Source of the DNA: an uncultured virus (IMG/VR IMGVR_UViG_3300025132_007876)
Taxonomy: Duplodnaviria > Heunggongvirae > Uroviricota > Caudoviricetes
Length of the DNA stretch: 64,000 bases
Strand: one strand, 5' to 3'
IMG/VR virus record: IMGVR_UViG_3300025132_007876
A program made the position numbers and the translations under genes. Every line of letters begins with the position of its first letter. The stretch's first letter is position 1. The notes beneath the pieces are model-generated. The model saw only the letters and a list, made by a program, of their open reading frames with translations. It ran no database searches and was not told the origin of the DNA. Of this stretch, positions 8,502 through 17,835 are shown in pieces.

Positions 8502-8650
8502 TACTTGACATAACTCGTGACCAAATACTTGACATAACTCGGAGACGTTGAAAACGTAGGTTGTAAGGGGACTTTTAATTACTTGACATAACTCGTGGAA
8601 AATACTTGACATAACTCGTGACCATTATGGAAAATACTTGACATAACTCG
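8502..8650 (+). repeat. Five exact 16-bp repeats TACTTGACATAACTCG (8502, 8526, 8580, 8603, 8635), iteron-like
   Basis: Read directly; non-coding region. Confidence 0.95.
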
Positions 8651-8718
8651 GAGCGGAAGGCCGCAGGCAAAAAAAGTTGTCCTTGAAAGATCAGCTCCAA
8701 ACTCGCTTATCCCAAAGC

Positions 8719-8761
8719 GGACATAAAATGACCTTGTTAATTCTTCAAAATGCTATAAATT
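8719..8761 (+). promoter_or_regulatory. Early promoter cassette 10 (divergent)
   Basis: GGACATAAAATGACC TTGTTA...TAAATT. Confidence 0.6.
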
Positions 8762-8813
8762 AGTAGTATCTCTTTTGAGTGTTTCGTTCCCTTCCCTTTC
8801 CGGAGTTTTCCAT

Positions 8814-9119
8814 ATGACTTACACTATCAACCCTTTACAAGTTGCCAAGATCGTTGGCAGTATCCGCCAAAACAGCAGCACCCTTTTAGCTCTGGACTTC
8901 TACAAGGCTGTCCAGTACTTCAACGAACTGACCACAGAAGATCGGTATGCTGGGCAAGGTCACGGTCTTGGGGACCTCGTTAGAATCGACCTTTTCGTTG
9001 ATTCCGCTAAAGACTATATCGTACATGTAGAGTTTGATGCACTGGGTAAGAATGCAATGTTTTTCCGTTGCGATGTTAGCGAAGGATCAGATATTGTTAT
9101 TCAAGAAGTGGCGTTGTAA
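8814..9119 (+). CDS. Hypothetical early protein
   Basis: Start moved to ATG8814 (CCGGAGTTTTCCATATG leader shared with 9230). Confidence 0.7.
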   Translation: MTYTINPLQVAKIVGSIRQNSSTLLALDFYKAVQYFNELTTEDRYAGQGHGLGDLVRIDLFVDSAKDYIVHVEFDALGKNAMFFRCDVSEGSDIVIQEVAL

Positions 9120-9136
9120 GTCACTTATCGCCAAGC

Positions 9137-9180
9137 GGACATATTCTGTCCTTTACAATGCAGAAAAAACACGTTAAATT
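9137..9180 (+). promoter_or_regulatory. Early promoter cassette 11
   Basis: GGACATATTCTGTCC TTTACA-N17-TAAATT. Confidence 0.8.
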
Positions 9181-9229
9181 ATTGTATAAATAAAATAATC
9201 TTTCCCCTTTCCTTTCCGGAGTTTTCCAT

Positions 9230-9502
9230 ATGAGATCAGAACTTTCCCAGCTAACCAGAGAAGCCCGCAAGGCAGCGAACTTCACCGCTTGCATCCAGTA
9301 CGTCGTCGTTATCAGAGAGCGCAGCAAGTGTGACACCTTCGATATTTTCGACTATGACATCATGGAGACTGTGAGCGAGAACGACCCAGATGTCGCTATA
9401 GTCCGAGAATGTCGCCCTGACTATGAAGCCCATCGTAAGATGCACGGCATTGATGACGAGAGCATTATGCGAGGCGTTCGTAACTTCGTTAAGACTCGAT
9501 AA
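9230..9502 (+). CDS. Hypothetical early protein
   Basis: CGGAG SD after cassette 11. Confidence 0.7.
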   Translation: MRSELSQLTREARKAANFTACIQYVVVIRERSKCDTFDIFDYDIMETVSENDPDVAIVRECRPDYEAHRKMHGIDDESIMRGVRNFVKTR

Positions 9503-9517
9503 AAAAAATATTAAACC

Positions 9518-9561
9518 GGACATATTCTGTCCTTTACAAACCACAAAAAACACGTTAAATT
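9518..9561 (+). promoter_or_regulatory. Early promoter cassette 12 (near duplicate of 11)
   Basis: GGACATATTCTGTCC TTTACA-N17-TAAATT. Confidence 0.8.
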
Positions 9562-9610
9562 ATTGTATAAATAAAATAATCTTTCACCTTTCCCTTCTGG
9601 AGTTTCCTAT

Positions 9611-9964
9611 ATGTCTATTGACTTCCTTAATCTTCCCCGCTATTCTGAAACCCTTTCAGACTATGCAGACCAGCACAATCCTGAATTTATCTTAGAGCTA
9701 TCAAAGCGTATGAACGCCCAAGCGGATCGCCTTGAGTTCCTTTTCATGGACATCGTAACCAGTCCAGACCACAAAGCTATCGAGTACAAAGACATCATGC
9801 ACTGGAAAGCTCGCACCGGATACCTTCGGTCACAAGGGCAAGGCAGAGCCGCCAAGCGTCTTGAAAAACAGATGGCACTTGAAGAGGCCAAAAGCTTCGA
9901 TCATGACGATGAGTTCCAAGCTGGTTACAAAGAGTTCTTGGCTTCTGAATTTGACCTTGACTAA
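9611..9964 (+). CDS. Hypothetical early protein
   Basis: GGAG SD after cassette 12. Confidence 0.7.
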   Translation: MSIDFLNLPRYSETLSDYADQHNPEFILELSKRMNAQADRLEFLFMDIVTSPDHKAIEYKDIMHWKARTGYLRSQGQGRAAKRLEKQMALEEAKSFDHDDEFQAGYKEFLASEFDLD

Positions 9965-9990
9965 CCTATCTTTTCACCCTCTCAACTTTC

Positions 9991-10350
9991 CCCTACCTTA
10001 CGGAGTAATACATATGCCTACAATATACAACGAAACCCTACACGATAAAACTGGTTCTTTCCTTTACCAAGCTATAGCCAACGAATCCCTTTCAGAGGGT
10101 GCATGCGATGACATCCGCAGACTCTTCAGAGATCAGTTTGAACTTGTAAAGTTCATCAGAGCAAACGTCGATGTCACTCGTCAAGAAGCTTGGGAATTGG
10201 TTGATCAAGTATTCCCAGAGCCAGAAGTAACAGACATCAAATGGACTGACTACAAAGGCAATGAACGCATCAACCCCAAGCTTGGCAAGTAGAGCCAACC
10301 AACATACCACCCTATTCTTTCCCTACCTTACGGAGTAATACATATGCCTA
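9991..10350 (+). repeat. Exact 30-bp duplicated translation-start leader CCCTACCTTACGGAGTAATACATATGCCTA (9991-10020, 10321-10350)
   Basis: Read directly. Confidence 0.9.
10014..10292 (+). CDS. Hypothetical early protein
   Basis: Start moved to ATG10014 inside the duplicated leader. Confidence 0.7.
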   Translation: MPTIYNETLHDKTGSFLYQAIANESLSEGACDDIRRLFRDQFELVKFIRANVDVTRQEAWELVDQVFPEPEVTDIKWTDYKGNERINPKLGK

Positions 10351-10631
10351 AATCTATTCGCACTAACAATAATGAAGTTCCTTCTTACTGGGTACAGAAC
10401 GCCCCAGCCCACAGTAACAATAAACAGTTCACCACTGATGGCCAGAACCTGTACAGCTACAACCTGCTCATAGGCACAACTATAGATGGTCAAAAAATAC
10501 TATTCGACTTCACCGCTACCGCTGGTGCATACGTTAGCCAGACCACATCATGCCATGTAAGCATAGGCCGCAGATATGCACACCAGATCATGGACGTAGA
10601 TGTAGCCCGCCATGCTGGTGTTATACGATAG
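10344..10631 (+). CDS. Hypothetical phage protein
   Basis: LYSYNLLIG...SQTTSCH motifs; CGGAG SD. Confidence 0.75.
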   Translation: MPKSIRTNNNEVPSYWVQNAPAHSNNKQFTTDGQNLYSYNLLIGTTIDGQKILFDFTATAGAYVSQTTSCHVSIGRRYAHQIMDVDVARHAGVIR

Positions 10632-10682
10632 CCCTACCCTCTACTCTCTAACCTTACTACTTATATACACGGAGTCCTTACT

Positions 10683-10829
10683 ATGTCTTATACTATTATT
10701 CACAACTCATATTCAACTGGCTGTACCTTAATCATCACCGACCGCACGGGAAATCAGAAGCGCATACGTTGTGCGAACACAGCCACCGCAGAATTCGAAG
10801 CTCGTTTGTTAAAAGCAAAGCGAAGCTAA
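10683..10829 (+). CDS. 48-aa hypothetical protein
   Basis: CGGAG SD; last gene of the early block. Confidence 0.6.
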   Translation: MSYTIIHNSYSTGCTLIITDRTGNQKRIRCANTATAEFEARLLKAKRS

Positions 10830-10830
10830 A

Positions 10831-10849
10831 AGGGAGGGTCCCCCTCCCT
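10831..10849 (+). terminator. GC-rich hairpin AGGGAGGG-TCC-CCCTCCCT at end of early block
   Basis: Perfect 8-bp inverted repeat right after a stop codon; no T tract. Confidence 0.45.
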
Positions 10850-11016
10850 CCCCCCTCCTATCAGAGGCTCTCTATGGAAGATAAAATAAGTACCTTAGAA
10901 CCGGCATTTTCAGCCGGGGCGCATATGGTACATTAACAATATCTAAAAAAATTCCGAGATTTAAAATTTTGCCCCAAAAATTTTTCCAAACTACGTACTT
11001 GTACAGGAGAGCAAGT

Positions 11017-11349
11017 ATGTATTTATTATTTTTATTAAGCCTTATGGGATGCGCCAAGAAGCACCTAGTAAAAGAGGCACGTAGCGCATTTACAAATGAG
11101 AATTGCGTTAAGACCCTTGAGATTTACATGAGAAACGCAAAGTGCGGAGAGGTCCATCTTAAAAAAGAGCCCAGTGCAATTGTAATTAAATGTAAAAAAG
11201 AAGAAGCAGCCGTGTCCATATGGGATCGGTATTGGTTTCGTATAAGCCCGGCAGTCTTAAAGATTGATTCAAAGCAATTAGCAGAAGTTGAGCGACACAC
11301 AGTTTGTATCGACAATCAACATAGAATAGAAGCTTATCCTCCAAATTAA
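11017..11349 (+). CDS. Putative lipoprotein
   Basis: AGGAG SD; MYLLFLLSLMG-C lipobox; several Cys. Confidence 0.7.
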   Translation: MYLLFLLSLMGCAKKHLVKEARSAFTNENCVKTLEIYMRNAKCGEVHLKKEPSAIVIKCKKEEAAVSIWDRYWFRISPAVLKIDSKQLAEVERHTVCIDNQHRIEAYPPN

Positions 11350-11378
11350 ACTATTTATAGATAAACAGAGGATTAACG

Positions 11379-12428
11379 ATGAAGCTTATAATGGAAAATT
11401 GGCGTGGCTTACTAAATGAAGCAGCCAAGTCAGCCGAAGACTTGAAAAATTTTCACGAAGAAAACTGGATGGAGCATATTAATATGGTTCGTGGTTTGTG
11501 GAAAAAGTATGGTATGTGGAAGCTAGGCGATATGATGAATATTGGAATTCCTCAACGAGTCAAGGATGATTGGCACTCATATGACAAACGAAGAAGAGAT
11601 TACTATAGTAAAGCATATTGGGATGCCATGATGGATAAGAAACCACCAGTGCCCGTTATTATTGCTACACACACCGGGGGCGAAGTAGAAGTTAGCTATG
11701 GCGCCATATTTCCAAAAATGGCCGAACCAGCCATTCTTTTAAAGTTTGATTCCGGAGTTAGCAAAAAGTCCGGAAACTTGATGCAAAAGCGCAAAGCAAT
11801 GGATGGCATGCCCGGAGGATCGGTTAACTTTTATCCGGCACCAAACAACTATGGCGAATGCAACGATGTATTTATCGTTTCAAATACCTATCAAACCACC
11901 GATGGGTGGGGTCCATTGCTTTATGATGTTGCAATGGAAATAGCAACCGTTTTGGGCGGCGGATTAACAAGCTCCCGCACCATGGTATCATCTAGGGCAA
12001 AGCCCGTATGGGACTTCTATCAGGACCGTCGCTCGGATGTCGAAGCAGATCAGCTAGATGTAAGAGATGATGAAGCAAAGCATTATGGCGTTGATCAATT
12101 AACCCCAAATGACAAGTCCGACGACTGCTTACAACAAGCTTCTTTTAAGTGGGCCCATGGTGAGGATTATGGCGCATGGGAAAAAAATAACGTTAAAAGC
12201 CTTCACACCAAAATGCAAGGAATGTCAGACGAAGAAAAAGCCGATGTCCCATGGGACGACCAATCAATATCAAAGGGCTATAAAAAGGATCCCGAAATAT
12301 TGAAATTTCTTGGCGATCAGGGATTGCTTCATTTCCCTCAATTGGGGTATGATGCCATAAAATTCCATACATCCGACCTTCCTCCTCCGCCATTACAAGA
12401 AAGAAAAATAAGGATTAAAATTAAATGA
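11379..12428 (+). CDS. Tagged protein with GNAT-like acetyltransferase domain
   Basis: GWGPLLYDVAME...GLTS...SSRAKPVW; N-tag MKLIMENWR, C-tag RKIRIKIK. Confidence 0.6.
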   Translation: MKLIMENWRGLLNEAAKSAEDLKNFHEENWMEHINMVRGLWKKYGMWKLGDMMNIGIPQRVKDDWHSYDKRRRDYYSKAYWDAMMDKKPPVPVIIATHTGGEVEVSYGAIFPKMAEPAILLKFDSGVSKKSGNLMQKRKAMDGMPGGSVNFYPAPNNYGECNDVFIVSNTYQTTDGWGPLLYDVAMEIATVLGGGLTSSRTMVSSRAKPVWDFYQDRRSDVEADQLDVRDDEAKHYGVDQLTPNDKSDDCLQQASFKWAHGEDYGAWEKNNVKSLHTKMQGMSDEEKADVPWDDQSISKGYKKDPEILKFLGDQGLLHFPQLGYDAIKFHTSDLPPPPLQERKIRIKIK

Positions 12429-14503
12429 TTAAAGTTAAAATTATTCGCAATTCCCTTCGGGAAGAGCTTCTGGATGAAGCTAGAGAGGACGATGTCGCCG
12501 CTAAATATAAAATAAAAGCGGACGACCCATCATGGAGAAAACTAACTGGCTGGATTGGTGAAAATCGCTCCCAACGACTAAAGTATCTCGACTGGGGTGC
12601 TAGCATGATGTATATGGCCAGTTATAATATTCGTGAGGTTATTGACTCTTTAAAAATATTTGAGAAATTTTCTGGGCAAATGAAACAGAAAAATATCAAA
12701 TCATATCAATCCCCCTCTCACCTTATTAGTGCCTATAAAGAAGATGTTCTTGGGCGACGTGTTGGCAAAGCACGCAAGGATCGTGGAAAAAGCGAAGAAA
12801 GAGCATCCGAAGAAGACCGCACGGTCATATATGAAGATGAGCACCTTTTCGTTATTCGCCCACATCACGTTGAAGCAAGTTGCCATTATGGCCGAAAAAC
12901 TAAGTGGTGCATAGCGCAAAAAGATAAGAACCCAAGAACTGGCGAAATAGAATATAACGAATACTTTGACGACTACACCAAGAAAGATGGCAAGGTGTTC
13001 TACTTTGTTAAAGACGATAGACGCAAGCCTGACGATCAATATGCTAAAGTTGCTATTCAAGTTGGCTTGAGTGACGACGAAGAAAAAGTTGTTATTGATG
13101 GATATTGGGATAGATTTGACAATGAAGACCTACCTATCGAAAGAAGATTGCCTAAACCTATTAAAGAGTTGGATAAATTTTTTGGCGACGAAATTAAAAA
13201 GGCTCTTGATGCTATTTCCAACCATGCCAATGCTGTTCCTCCCACTTTCGGGTCTGCGGCGAAACTTGAAAAATTGGACGAAGAGATCTATGCAAAAAAG
13301 TTTGACAAAAACAACCTCAACATAAATAGCGAAATGGAAGAAGGAGCATGGGCAGCCAACGAGAGAGCCTCTTTAAGGATTGACGTAAACTGGGATGCCA
13401 GTATGAGACTAGAAGAACTGTATGATGGCAATTATGAAATAAACGACATCAGGGCTGCGATAGAGGATTACGAAAATTCAATTGGCGATTTAGAAGATGC
13501 TTTGGTAGAGGCCGCTCAAGAATATAGTTACCCTTCAGACCATGACGTTTGGATGGATCAGTGGGAAGACGGCAGGGTTATTCATATTGATGACAATAGA
13601 GTTAGAATAGACTTGCACTACAACGCAGAATATTTTGAGGATGATGAAGATGCTCGGAGGTTTTTAAATAATACCATTAGCGATCACGAAGACATGTCGA
13701 GCATTTGGGAAAACGTCAGAGAATTTTTAGAAAGAGAATTGCAAGAGTTTGTAGCCCAAGAGACCTTGCAGGCCATTAGGGATATTGCTGGTGGTATAAA
13801 CGCTCTTGACAGTAAACTACAAAACTTAAATGTTACATACGACGAAGAAAGTACAGAAATCAGTGTTTTCACAAGAAAGGGATATGAAATACCAATGCAG
13901 CTTAAGTCTTTTAACATGCCAGTTCAAGGCATGTATAGCAATGCCGCCATTACTCGTCAGGTTGGTATGTATGTAGTAGCAATACGTAGGGCGCTTCACC
14001 CATTAAAAGAAAAAGTTATGTTTGCTATAGATACAGCCTTCAACAAACTAGAAGATCAATTCAACAAACAAACGCAACTTAAGTTTAAAGGGTTCGATAA
14101 ACAAGAACCAATAAAATTTAGAGCAACAAATAAAAATGTCACAATATCAACACCAAATTCAAAAGCTATCATGGGCAAACCATCAGAATTCCAAAAACCT
14201 GTGGAGCCTATGAAAGTTAGCGTTGGTTTTAATTTTGTAATTGACAGAGATTATTCTGTTGAAGATATTCGTGAGTCTTTCCGGTATATTTTAAAACTAG
14301 ATACAATGGTTGATGATATCATTGAATTGGCTCTAAGTAACTTCGATATGGACGCAGCGTATAAGCAGATTAATGACACATATCAACTAGAACTAGTGCG
14401 AGCCACTGGTATTGAGAAAGCCAAGGAGAAGGCAGGAATTGAACCCGAAGCATATACGGAATCGAAAAAAAGAAGAAGGTTTAAGGTGAGGATCTTGAGA
14501 TGA
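12425..14503 (+). CDS. Large acidic protein, putative virion-internal
   Basis: 692 aa; ASCHYGRKTKWCIA motif; KVKII tag at N-terminus and FKVRILR tag at C-terminus. Confidence 0.75.
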   Translation: MIKVKIIRNSLREELLDEAREDDVAAKYKIKADDPSWRKLTGWIGENRSQRLKYLDWGASMMYMASYNIREVIDSLKIFEKFSGQMKQKNIKSYQSPSHLISAYKEDVLGRRVGKARKDRGKSEERASEEDRTVIYEDEHLFVIRPHHVEASCHYGRKTKWCIAQKDKNPRTGEIEYNEYFDDYTKKDGKVFYFVKDDRRKPDDQYAKVAIQVGLSDDEEKVVIDGYWDRFDNEDLPIERRLPKPIKELDKFFGDEIKKALDAISNHANAVPPTFGSAAKLEKLDEEIYAKKFDKNNLNINSEMEEGAWAANERASLRIDVNWDASMRLEELYDGNYEINDIRAAIEDYENSIGDLEDALVEAAQEYSYPSDHDVWMDQWEDGRVIHIDDNRVRIDLHYNAEYFEDDEDARRFLNNTISDHEDMSSIWENVREFLERELQEFVAQETLQAIRDIAGGINALDSKLQNLNVTYDEESTEISVFTRKGYEIPMQLKSFNMPVQGMYSNAAITRQVGMYVVAIRRALHPLKEKVMFAIDTAFNKLEDQFNKQTQLKFKGFDKQEPIKFRATNKNVTISTPNSKAIMGKPSEFQKPVEPMKVSVGFNFVIDRDYSVEDIRESFRYILKLDTMVDDIIELALSNFDMDAAYKQINDTYQLELVRATGIEKAKEKAGIEPEAYTESKKRRRFKVRILR

Positions 14504-14928
14504 ACATAACAAAAGAAATTTTAAAGCAAATTATCCAAGAAGAGCTTAAAAACCTTCTGAGTGAAAGCCTTATGGATTGGGCCAAGCAGTCCGGTGTCGA
14601 TTTTGATACCATACAAAATATAATGCTTATACCAGATGGCATGGAGTTTCTTAATATGTTGAGGCAAAAGAACTGGAAGTCAATTGGCGATGGGGTATGG
14701 CAAACTAAATTTAATTACAAGGATTCAGAAGGAGTGAAAAGGAGTAATCCCACAACAGCAACCATGAATGTTCAAATTCCTTCTGATGGAGAGCCAGTGG
14801 TGAAATATCGTGCAACTCAAGAAAGAGGATTTAAGCACGATACTCCATATGAGGAAACATTCGTTGGCTTTGGCGACTTGATGTACTTTCTTGATCTGCT
14901 TCCTTCTGACTGGTCGGGCCTAACATGA
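14500..14928 (+). CDS. Tagged hypothetical protein
   Basis: MNITKEILKQIIQEELKNLLSE N-tag; ATGA overlap. Confidence 0.75.
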   Translation: MNITKEILKQIIQEELKNLLSESLMDWAKQSGVDFDTIQNIMLIPDGMEFLNMLRQKNWKSIGDGVWQTKFNYKDSEGVKRSNPTTATMNVQIPSDGEPVVKYRATQERGFKHDTPYEETFVGFGDLMYFLDLLPSDWSGLT

Positions 14929-15272
14929 AAATACCAATAATAATACAAAACAGCAAAATACCACAAACTCTCTCTATCTTTATCAACATCTGGGCTATTA
15001 CATTGTGGCCGTTTATTATTTGTCGTGGCGAAATGAATGAACAAACTCTAAATCACGAAAAGATTCATATCAAACAGCAAGCAGAACTTCTTCTTATTGG
15101 ATTTTATTTTCTGTATGCTGGGTTCTGGCTATATAACCGCTTATGGCGTCGTATGTCGAGTCAAGAAGCTTATATGAATATCCCATTTGAAAATGAAGCA
15201 TATAGCAACGACAGTAACTTAGAATACTTGGGAGAAAGAAAATGGTTTGCATGGCTTTCCTATTGCAAATAG
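14925..15272 (+). CDS. HExxH zinc-metallopeptidase-like membrane protein
   Basis: AITLWPFI, HEKIHIKQQ, PFENEAY. Confidence 0.7.
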   Translation: MKIPIIIQNSKIPQTLSIFINIWAITLWPFIICRGEMNEQTLNHEKIHIKQQAELLLIGFYFLYAGFWLYNRLWRRMSSQEAYMNIPFENEAYSNDSNLEYLGERKWFAWLSYCK

Positions 15273-16156
15273 CCAGTGCCGATGACTTCCCACTCCATAT
15301 GAGTCTCAATGTGAGTACCCATTGGTTCAAACGGCTGAAAGTCCACCTTGTGCCTAGACAGGTGGATGAGCACTAGACTATAAGAGGGGAATGACTGCAT
15401 GATGTAAGACGGAAAGGTCATAAAACCTTGATCCGGCCCAGTACATGCAGCATACCCTAAAAGCTGACTTCCATCACCAGAATAAACTGCAAGGAGAACC
15501 ATAAAGGTTCTCGATGTATCGTATGGAGACCAACTAAAGGTCATTCCCGTTTTATATATGGGCGCTGCAAACGCATAAGAAGGGTCAATATAAAGCATCT
15601 CTTGCGGCTCTATGTAATCATACCCTTCTGCTGTAAAGAATGTTATTTGTTCGTCTTCGCCCGTTAGAGATACGTAGTGTGTTGATGTTCTATCATACTG
15701 AGTCTCGTAAAGGTAAGCATAATATTCTTGCCCTTGTTGCATGGCGGTGAAAGAATGTACCGGCCCATCGACGGAGATCGATGGACCGACATCAATTGCA
15801 TTGGTTGAGGGGGAAGTGATTAGCAATTGATTAGTACATTCACCAAGAGTTGGAATCCAAGACGTATGACTTTCAAATGTTGGTTGAAAGAACTTAGCCC
15901 TAAACTCGACGAGTAACTCTTGAGATTCACCTACACATGCGGGACATGCGATTTGTCTTAAATAATAGTGAAGATATCCACCGTTGCCCTCAATGAGAAT
16001 GCCGGTGTCGGTCTGTGTTGCTGTTTCAGTTGGTGTATCGATGGGGGAATCGACAGTATCAATGGCAGTTTCTTCGTTTGTCTCTTCGTCATATCTTTTA
16101 ATAACCGAGACATCAGATTCACAACCAAATAATAACACAAATAAAACAGTAAGCAC
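15260..16156 (-). CDS. Putative lipoprotein with D/T-rich linker
   Basis: GTG start after GGAGG; VLLFG-C lipobox; DTVDSPIDTPTETATQTDTG; CPAC. Confidence 0.75.
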   Translation of the reverse strand: MLTVLFVLLFGCESDVSVIKRYDEETNEETAIDTVDSPIDTPTETATQTDTGILIEGNGGYLHYYLRQIACPACVGESQELLVEFRAKFFQPTFESHTSWIPTLGECTNQLLITSPSTNAIDVGPSISVDGPVHSFTAMQQGQEYYAYLYETQYDRTSTHYVSLTGEDEQITFFTAEGYDYIEPQEMLYIDPSYAFAAPIYKTGMTFSWSPYDTSRTFMVLLAVYSGDGSQLLGYAACTGPDQGFMTFPSYIMQSFPSYSLVLIHLSRHKVDFQPFEPMGTHIETHMEWEVIGTGYLQ

Positions 16157-16176
16157 TTTCCCTCCACTATATATAT

Positions 16177-16205
16177 AATATAACACGCTCAGCATAGTTT
16201 GTCAA
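16177..16205 (-). promoter_or_regulatory. sigma70-type promoter TTGACA-N17-TATATT
   Basis: Near-consensus, TGn extension, upstream of lipoprotein gene. Confidence 0.75.
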
Positions 16206-16213
16206 GTATTTTT

Positions 16214-16471
16214 TTAAAATTTATCATATCCTTTTAATTGCATTATCTGGAATGACAGCGCACTGTCTTCTCTGTGATAGACTTCGGTTTCATGTAGCGT
16301 ATATATTTCGTCATCTATCAAAATTTCATAATGATAATCAATGCTATTGTATATGGGATTTAATTCAATAACTTTAACAACTACGCCACGCACTGGTAAT
16401 TTGTAAATATCACAAACACACCATACCAAGTCTCCAATATCTACTTGATTACTTTTATTAGATCGTCCCAT
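16214..16471 (-). CDS. GDLV-family small protein
   Basis: IGDLVW...GVVVKV...YEIL. Confidence 0.65.
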   Translation of the reverse strand: MGRSNKSNQVDIGDLVWCVCDIYKLPVRGVVVKVIELNPIYNSIDYHYEILIDDEIYTLHETEVYHREDSALSFQIMQLKGYDKF

Positions 16472-16614
16472 ACAAATGATGCCTCCCGCTCATCTGTCCA
16501 GAGTACTTCAATCCAATCGTTATCCAACTCTTCTTGATTTGAAAAATCAATAATATCAATAATGACGCCCCATTTGTCTTGCGTAATATGTTTAACTAAA
16601 TTTCCAATTTTCAT
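16441..16614 (-). CDS. 57-aa MKIGNLV-family small protein
   Basis: GGAGG SD; MKIGNLVKHITQDKWGVII...IEVLW; TTGACA at 16655-16660 upstream. Confidence 0.75.
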   Translation of the reverse strand: MKIGNLVKHITQDKWGVIIDIIDFSNQEELDNDWIEVLWTDEREASFVWDDLIKVIK

Positions 16615-16701
16615 CTGTTACCTCCATACTATATTTAACATGCTATAGCTCTTTTGTCAAGAAACAAAATAAAAAATACTATTTAGTCTTGGAGATATAT
16701 T

Positions 16702-17835
16702 ATGAATAAGATATTTGAAAACTGGCGTCGTCATTTGCATGAGACTTCAAACGAAAAATTTTTAGATGAACTTGAGCCATTGTTGACTCAGTGGTCTGAA
16801 CTACAAACAGGCTATGGGGCCAAAGGGGAAAACATACCACCCGAAGATCTTCCAAAATACATCCAAAAAGACCCCGCATACTATAAGGGATATACCTACC
16901 ACCCTTCAGGCAGAAGAGCGGTTTTTGCCCAGACCAAGGCAGAAGAAACAATAGAGAAAAGCTTAATCAGATTGTTCTTAAAGCATTCAGATCAAAATTA
17001 TCTTACGAGTGGCGTTACATGGCTTCACGATTTAAGTTATCGTGCACATGCCCAGAAGGCTTGGAGTAACTCTGGTTTAGAATTTGCAGATTTTTCTAGA
17101 GCAGATTGGGTAAAAGCGCAAGGTCAAAGACAAAGAGATGTACTTTCATGTCATGGGTTTGATAAATCGATTGCTGCGCCAAGGGCTGGTTCTTATGGTT
17201 TCTTTGTCCAACCAACCAGAGTTCTTTATGCTAGTAAGTCTGACCTTGCAACCCAAACTCTCAGAACAGCACATGCTGATGTTAGGAGTAGATTTGCGAA
17301 TAAGTTGCCAAAAAGACCCGGAACTGATAAATTAAAATCACTAAGAACCGGCCAAAGTATGAGAATGTATGCTGATTGGCGAAAATGGGTAAGAAGTACT
17401 TTTAAAGAGTTGCCCGCTGAGATGCAAACAAATGAATTGTGGAATGAGATTTCATTAGCCATGCGTGCAAGGGACTCACAAACACCAGAAGCACTAAATC
17501 TTGTTAAAAAATTATCAACAATGCTTAGATCTGCTGGTATTGAAGGATCACCTGCGCCTAAAGCGCTTGGTAAAAATGAAGCAAGAGCTTTAACTGATAA
17601 TACTTTATTAAATCAAAAAGATGTTATGTCGAACAAGGGAAAAGTAGAAGAAGCCCTAATGGCTAATTGGGAAATAGTTGGATGGTACATGCTTCTAGAT
17701 CAAGGAAAGCCAATGAGAGCGCCATTCTGGAAACAACTGTTACCGACCATTACTGTCCCGGTATATGGCATAGACCAGTTCGCAGACACAATGACAGAAA
17801 TACCATTAGAAGAACTTGAGAGGCTTTTAGAATGA
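16702..17835 (+). CDS. Tagged hypothetical protein
   Basis: MNKIFENWRRHLHE N-tag; CTATTTA upstream. Confidence 0.8.
   Translation: MNKIFENWRRHLHETSNEKFLDELEPLLTQWSELQTGYGAKGENIPPEDLPKYIQKDPAYYKGYTYHPSGRRAVFAQTKAEETIEKSLIRLFLKHSDQNYLTSGVTWLHDLSYRAHAQKAWSNSGLEFADFSRADWVKAQGQRQRDVLSCHGFDKSIAAPRAGSYGFFVQPTRVLYASKSDLATQTLRTAHADVRSRFANKLPKRPGTDKLKSLRTGQSMRMYADWRKWVRSTFKELPAEMQTNELWNEISLAMRARDSQTPEALNLVKKLSTMLRSAGIEGSPAPKALGKNEARALTDNTLLNQKDVMSNKGKVEEALMANWEIVGWYMLLDQGKPMRAPFWKQLLPTITVPVYGIDQFADTMTEIPLEELERLLE

Noticed and set aside
8502..8650. CRISPR or mini-array
   Set aside because: Repeats are 16 bp with irregular 7-38 bp gaps that are partly repeated themselves
2..10829. Diversity-generating retroelement or integron as source of cassette diversity
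   Set aside because: No reverse transcriptase, template/variable repeat pair, integrase or attC-like sites seen in this window
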